64,000 nucleotides of DNA from Acidobacteriota bacterium (GTDB taxonomy: Bacteria; Acidobacteriota; UBA890; WLXD01): NCBI GenBank assembly GCA_963666055.2, contig CAXWPH010000015.1, positions 448,001-512,000 on the forward strand. The letters are read 5' to 3'. The notes beneath the pieces were generated by a model that made no database searches, had not been told where the DNA came from, and saw only the letters and a list, made by a program, of their open reading frames with translations. Of the stretch, positions 61,539-64,000 are shown piece after piece (position 1 is the stretch's first letter; every line of letters starts with the position of its first letter). Made by a program: the position numbers and the translations under genes.

Positions 61539-62357
61539 CTAGTCGGCAGCCGACACTGGCACGGCGCGCCGCCGAAAGAGTCGTTGGCGACGAAAACCGG
61601 CACGGAACAACACGTAGCGCCACAACACCGCCATCGTTCCCAGCGCATACACGGTGCTGCGCCGCAATGAGATGCTGCTCGACTCCGGCCCGTAGTGGGT
61701 CGGCACCGGCACCGCGCCAACTCGCAGATCGTGCACCCGAGCCTGCACGAGCAGTTGCTGATCGAAGACGAAGTCGTCGGAGCAGGCCTCGAAGTCGACT
61801 AGCTCGAGGACGCGTCGGTGGTAGGCGCGGTAGCCCGTATGGTATTCGGGCAGGTTGAACCCGAGGATCACGTTCTCGGTGATGGTGAGCAGCCGGTTGG
61901 CGAAATACTTCAGCGGTGGCATGCCGCCTCGAAGCACATCAACCCGCCGCAAGATGCGCGATCCGAGGACCACGTCCACCACGCCGGCCTCGATGAAGCC
62001 CACTAGGTGCGGCAATAGCATCGGGTCGTACTGGTTGTCCGGGTGCAGCATGACCACGATGTCAGCATCGGTTTCGAGCGCCGCCCGGTAGCAGGTCTTC
62101 TGGTTGCCGCCGTAGCCTCGGTTCTCCTGATGGCGAATGACCTGGAGGTTGTAACCGCGCTCGCTCAACGAGGCAGCCACCTCGACGGTGTTGTCGGTAC
62201 TGCAGTCGTCCACCAGGATCAGGTGTTGATATGACCCGGGCGGAAGCCGCTCGAGCGTCGCTTGCAGCGTGCTCGCGGCGTTGAAGGCGGGCAACACCAC
62301 GCAGACGCTGTGCGTCCCGACGGTAGCGAACGGCGGCGCAGAGCTATCCGAAGTCAT
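61539..62357 (-). CDS. Glycosyltransferase family 2
   Basis: VLPAFNA, VDDCSTD, NRGYGGNQK, HPDNQY, HTGYRAY. Confidence 0.92.
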   Translation of the reverse strand: MTSDSSAPPFATVGTHSVCVVLPAFNAASTLQATLERLPPGSYQHLILVDDCSTDNTVEVAASLSERGYNLQVIRHQENRGYGGNQKTCYRAALETDADIVVMLHPDNQYDPMLLPHLVGFIEAGVVDVVLGSRILRRVDVLRGGMPPLKYFANRLLTITENVILGFNLPEYHTGYRAYHRRVLELVDFEACSDDFVFDQQLLVQARVHDLRVGAVPVPTHYGPESSSISLRRSTVYALGTMAVLWRYVLFRAGFRRQRLFRRRAVPVSAAD

Positions 62358-62542
62358 CGCAGAGACGCGGCGTAGAGTTGATGAGATCTTACGGGCACTG
62401 GGAGGAGGGCGAGCCCACTATCCCGGGCGGCCAAGCCGGTCGGACGATACCACGCGCTCGTCCGCACCCCGCTTATTCAGGCTCGCCTCGTGGCAGCTAC
62501 CCGCGGGCCGGCCCGTGAGGGCGATTCGCCGGCCCCGCCCGG

Positions 62543-63613
62543 TCAGTGGTGGTGCCCATTTGGTGGATCCATCTCGGTCGGCGGCGTTGCGCCTGGCGCC
62601 GGCGGATAGGTGATGTTCTGTCCGCCGACCGGATGGTGGTACAGGTACATCACCGCCATGGCGTCGATCGGCACATCGGTGCGGTTGTCGTATACCGACT
62701 CGATCTCATAAGTGTGATCCGGGTACATCACGAACCCGGCGTCGCTGGAATACACCGGGATCCGGGCGATCTGGGCGCGCTCCATATCGGGGCTGTACTC
62801 CACTCGCGTCTCCCAGAGCACGCGCCCCTCGGTCACGTCGGTGAGCTTCAAGGAGCTCCCGTAGTTGTGCATGTGCGCCACGCCGTAATGGACACGCGTC
62901 GGCCCTGGTACCAACTTGGTGTGCTGCTGACGAATGACCTGCTCACCCGGCGGCACTATCCAGTGCCCGATCTTGCCGTGAGCATTGGGGGGAATCTCAC
63001 TCGGCGCCAGCGGATCGCCCGCCAGCACCGTTACCCCTCGATGCGGGAGCACGGTGACGCTGGCCCGGTACAGCTTTCGGATACTCTCAGCAGCATTCGG
63101 TTCGCTGGCGGCAACGTAGTCCACGAAGAAGCGAAGGTTCACGTCGACGCTGAGGTCGCGATCGTGGTTGTTGAGCACCATGCCCAGCAGCGAGACGCCA
63201 CGCCACGGCTCTTCAAGGTCACCGAGGATCTGCTGCAATGGGATGCCGAATCCGCTCGGTAGCTGCAGCGCTGGAATCCCCGACGCCGCGACCATCAGTC
63301 GTGCCCCGGTGGCGAGCTGAATCTGCGAATGACAGAAGTACTCATCGCCAAGCGGAGCACCGGTCGCCGCGTCGACGACCTCGGTACGAAAGGCGGTGAT
63401 CCAGCCGATATCGGCCGTGTCGAGGATAACGCGCTGGAACACTCCCTCCATCGAGTGATAGATGCCGTCGATCTTCAGCGGGCCCAGCTCGACAACGCGG
63501 GTCATCACCGCGGGCGGTGCGCCGGGACGCGCCGCGCCGGCGGGCGCCACCGCGATCACCAGGAGCAGTAAGCCAAGCAAGACGGCTGACACGCGAGAAG
63601 TCTCGTTCGGCAT
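62543..63613 (-). CDS. Secreted protein with copper-monooxygenase-like C-terminal domain
   Basis: Signal peptide; AHMH motif, YDN and downstream Met resemble the PHM/DBH CuM domain. Confidence 0.55.
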   Translation of the reverse strand: MPNETSRVSAVLLGLLLLVIAVAPAGAARPGAPPAVMTRVVELGPLKIDGIYHSMEGVFQRVILDTADIGWITAFRTEVVDAATGAPLGDEYFCHSQIQLATGARLMVAASGIPALQLPSGFGIPLQQILGDLEEPWRGVSLLGMVLNNHDRDLSVDVNLRFFVDYVAASEPNAAESIRKLYRASVTVLPHRGVTVLAGDPLAPSEIPPNAHGKIGHWIVPPGEQVIRQQHTKLVPGPTRVHYGVAHMHNYGSSLKLTDVTEGRVLWETRVEYSPDMERAQIARIPVYSSDAGFVMYPDHTYEIESVYDNRTDVPIDAMAVMYLYHHPVGGQNITYPPAPGATPPTEMDPPNGHHH

Positions 63614-64000
63614 TCGAGCAGCCTCCTGGAAGGTTCCAATGGGCGGTTGGGTTTCCGCAAGCTTAGCGAGGGGTGCAAGAGGTGTTCAAGATGTCTGAAT
63701 AATAAATAGAATGTTTTCCCATCTATTAATCACTAATACTGATTAAAAGTATCTCACAGTACTCAAACAAGCGCGATCGACGCGCCCGAAGCAGGCGAAC
63801 GTCCGCCGAATGCCTCTGGTCATGCCGCACGCCGCTGCGGTCGATCAGCAGCCAAAGCCCCCCGGCCGGGGGGCGTCGACGGGTACTCTCACGCCAGTGC
63901 GACGACCGCGACCAGAGGGGTTACTCCTCCGGGAGGAGCGACACCTGCACGTAGTTGTCGAGATCGAAGTAGAGCGCCGCTGAGTCGCGAACGATCTCCG

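Overview
High-GC bacterial chromosome segment. Gene content (GWxTD protein, CarD, tilS-ftsH-folP-cdaA-cdaR-glmM-pdxJ, Gld-type ABC system, many M28 peptidases and PQQ dehydrogenases) suggests Acidobacteriota, by inference only. Most of the window is housekeeping, transport and peptidase genes plus three intact tRNA genes (Asp, Val, Met). Three regions stand out. (1) A ~13 kb island at tRNA-Asp (51-bp direct repeat at 27780-27830 and 40739-40789) with no recognisable integrase. It carries two clusters of tRNA fragments (fMet 5' and 3' halves, Leu, Thr), each next to 11-12-bp-period tandem repeats resembling tyrosine-integrase arm sites, around partly decayed catabolic cargo. (2) A 1.8 kb element remnant (11-bp direct repeats, excisionase-like HTH, dif-like site). 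(3) A ~295-nt highly base-paired intergenic segment with its own sigma70-like promoter, divergent from carD, that matches no RNA family I recognise and is a candidate novel ncRNA. Several frameshifts may be sequencing errors. All calls are from reading motifs by eye; no searches were run.
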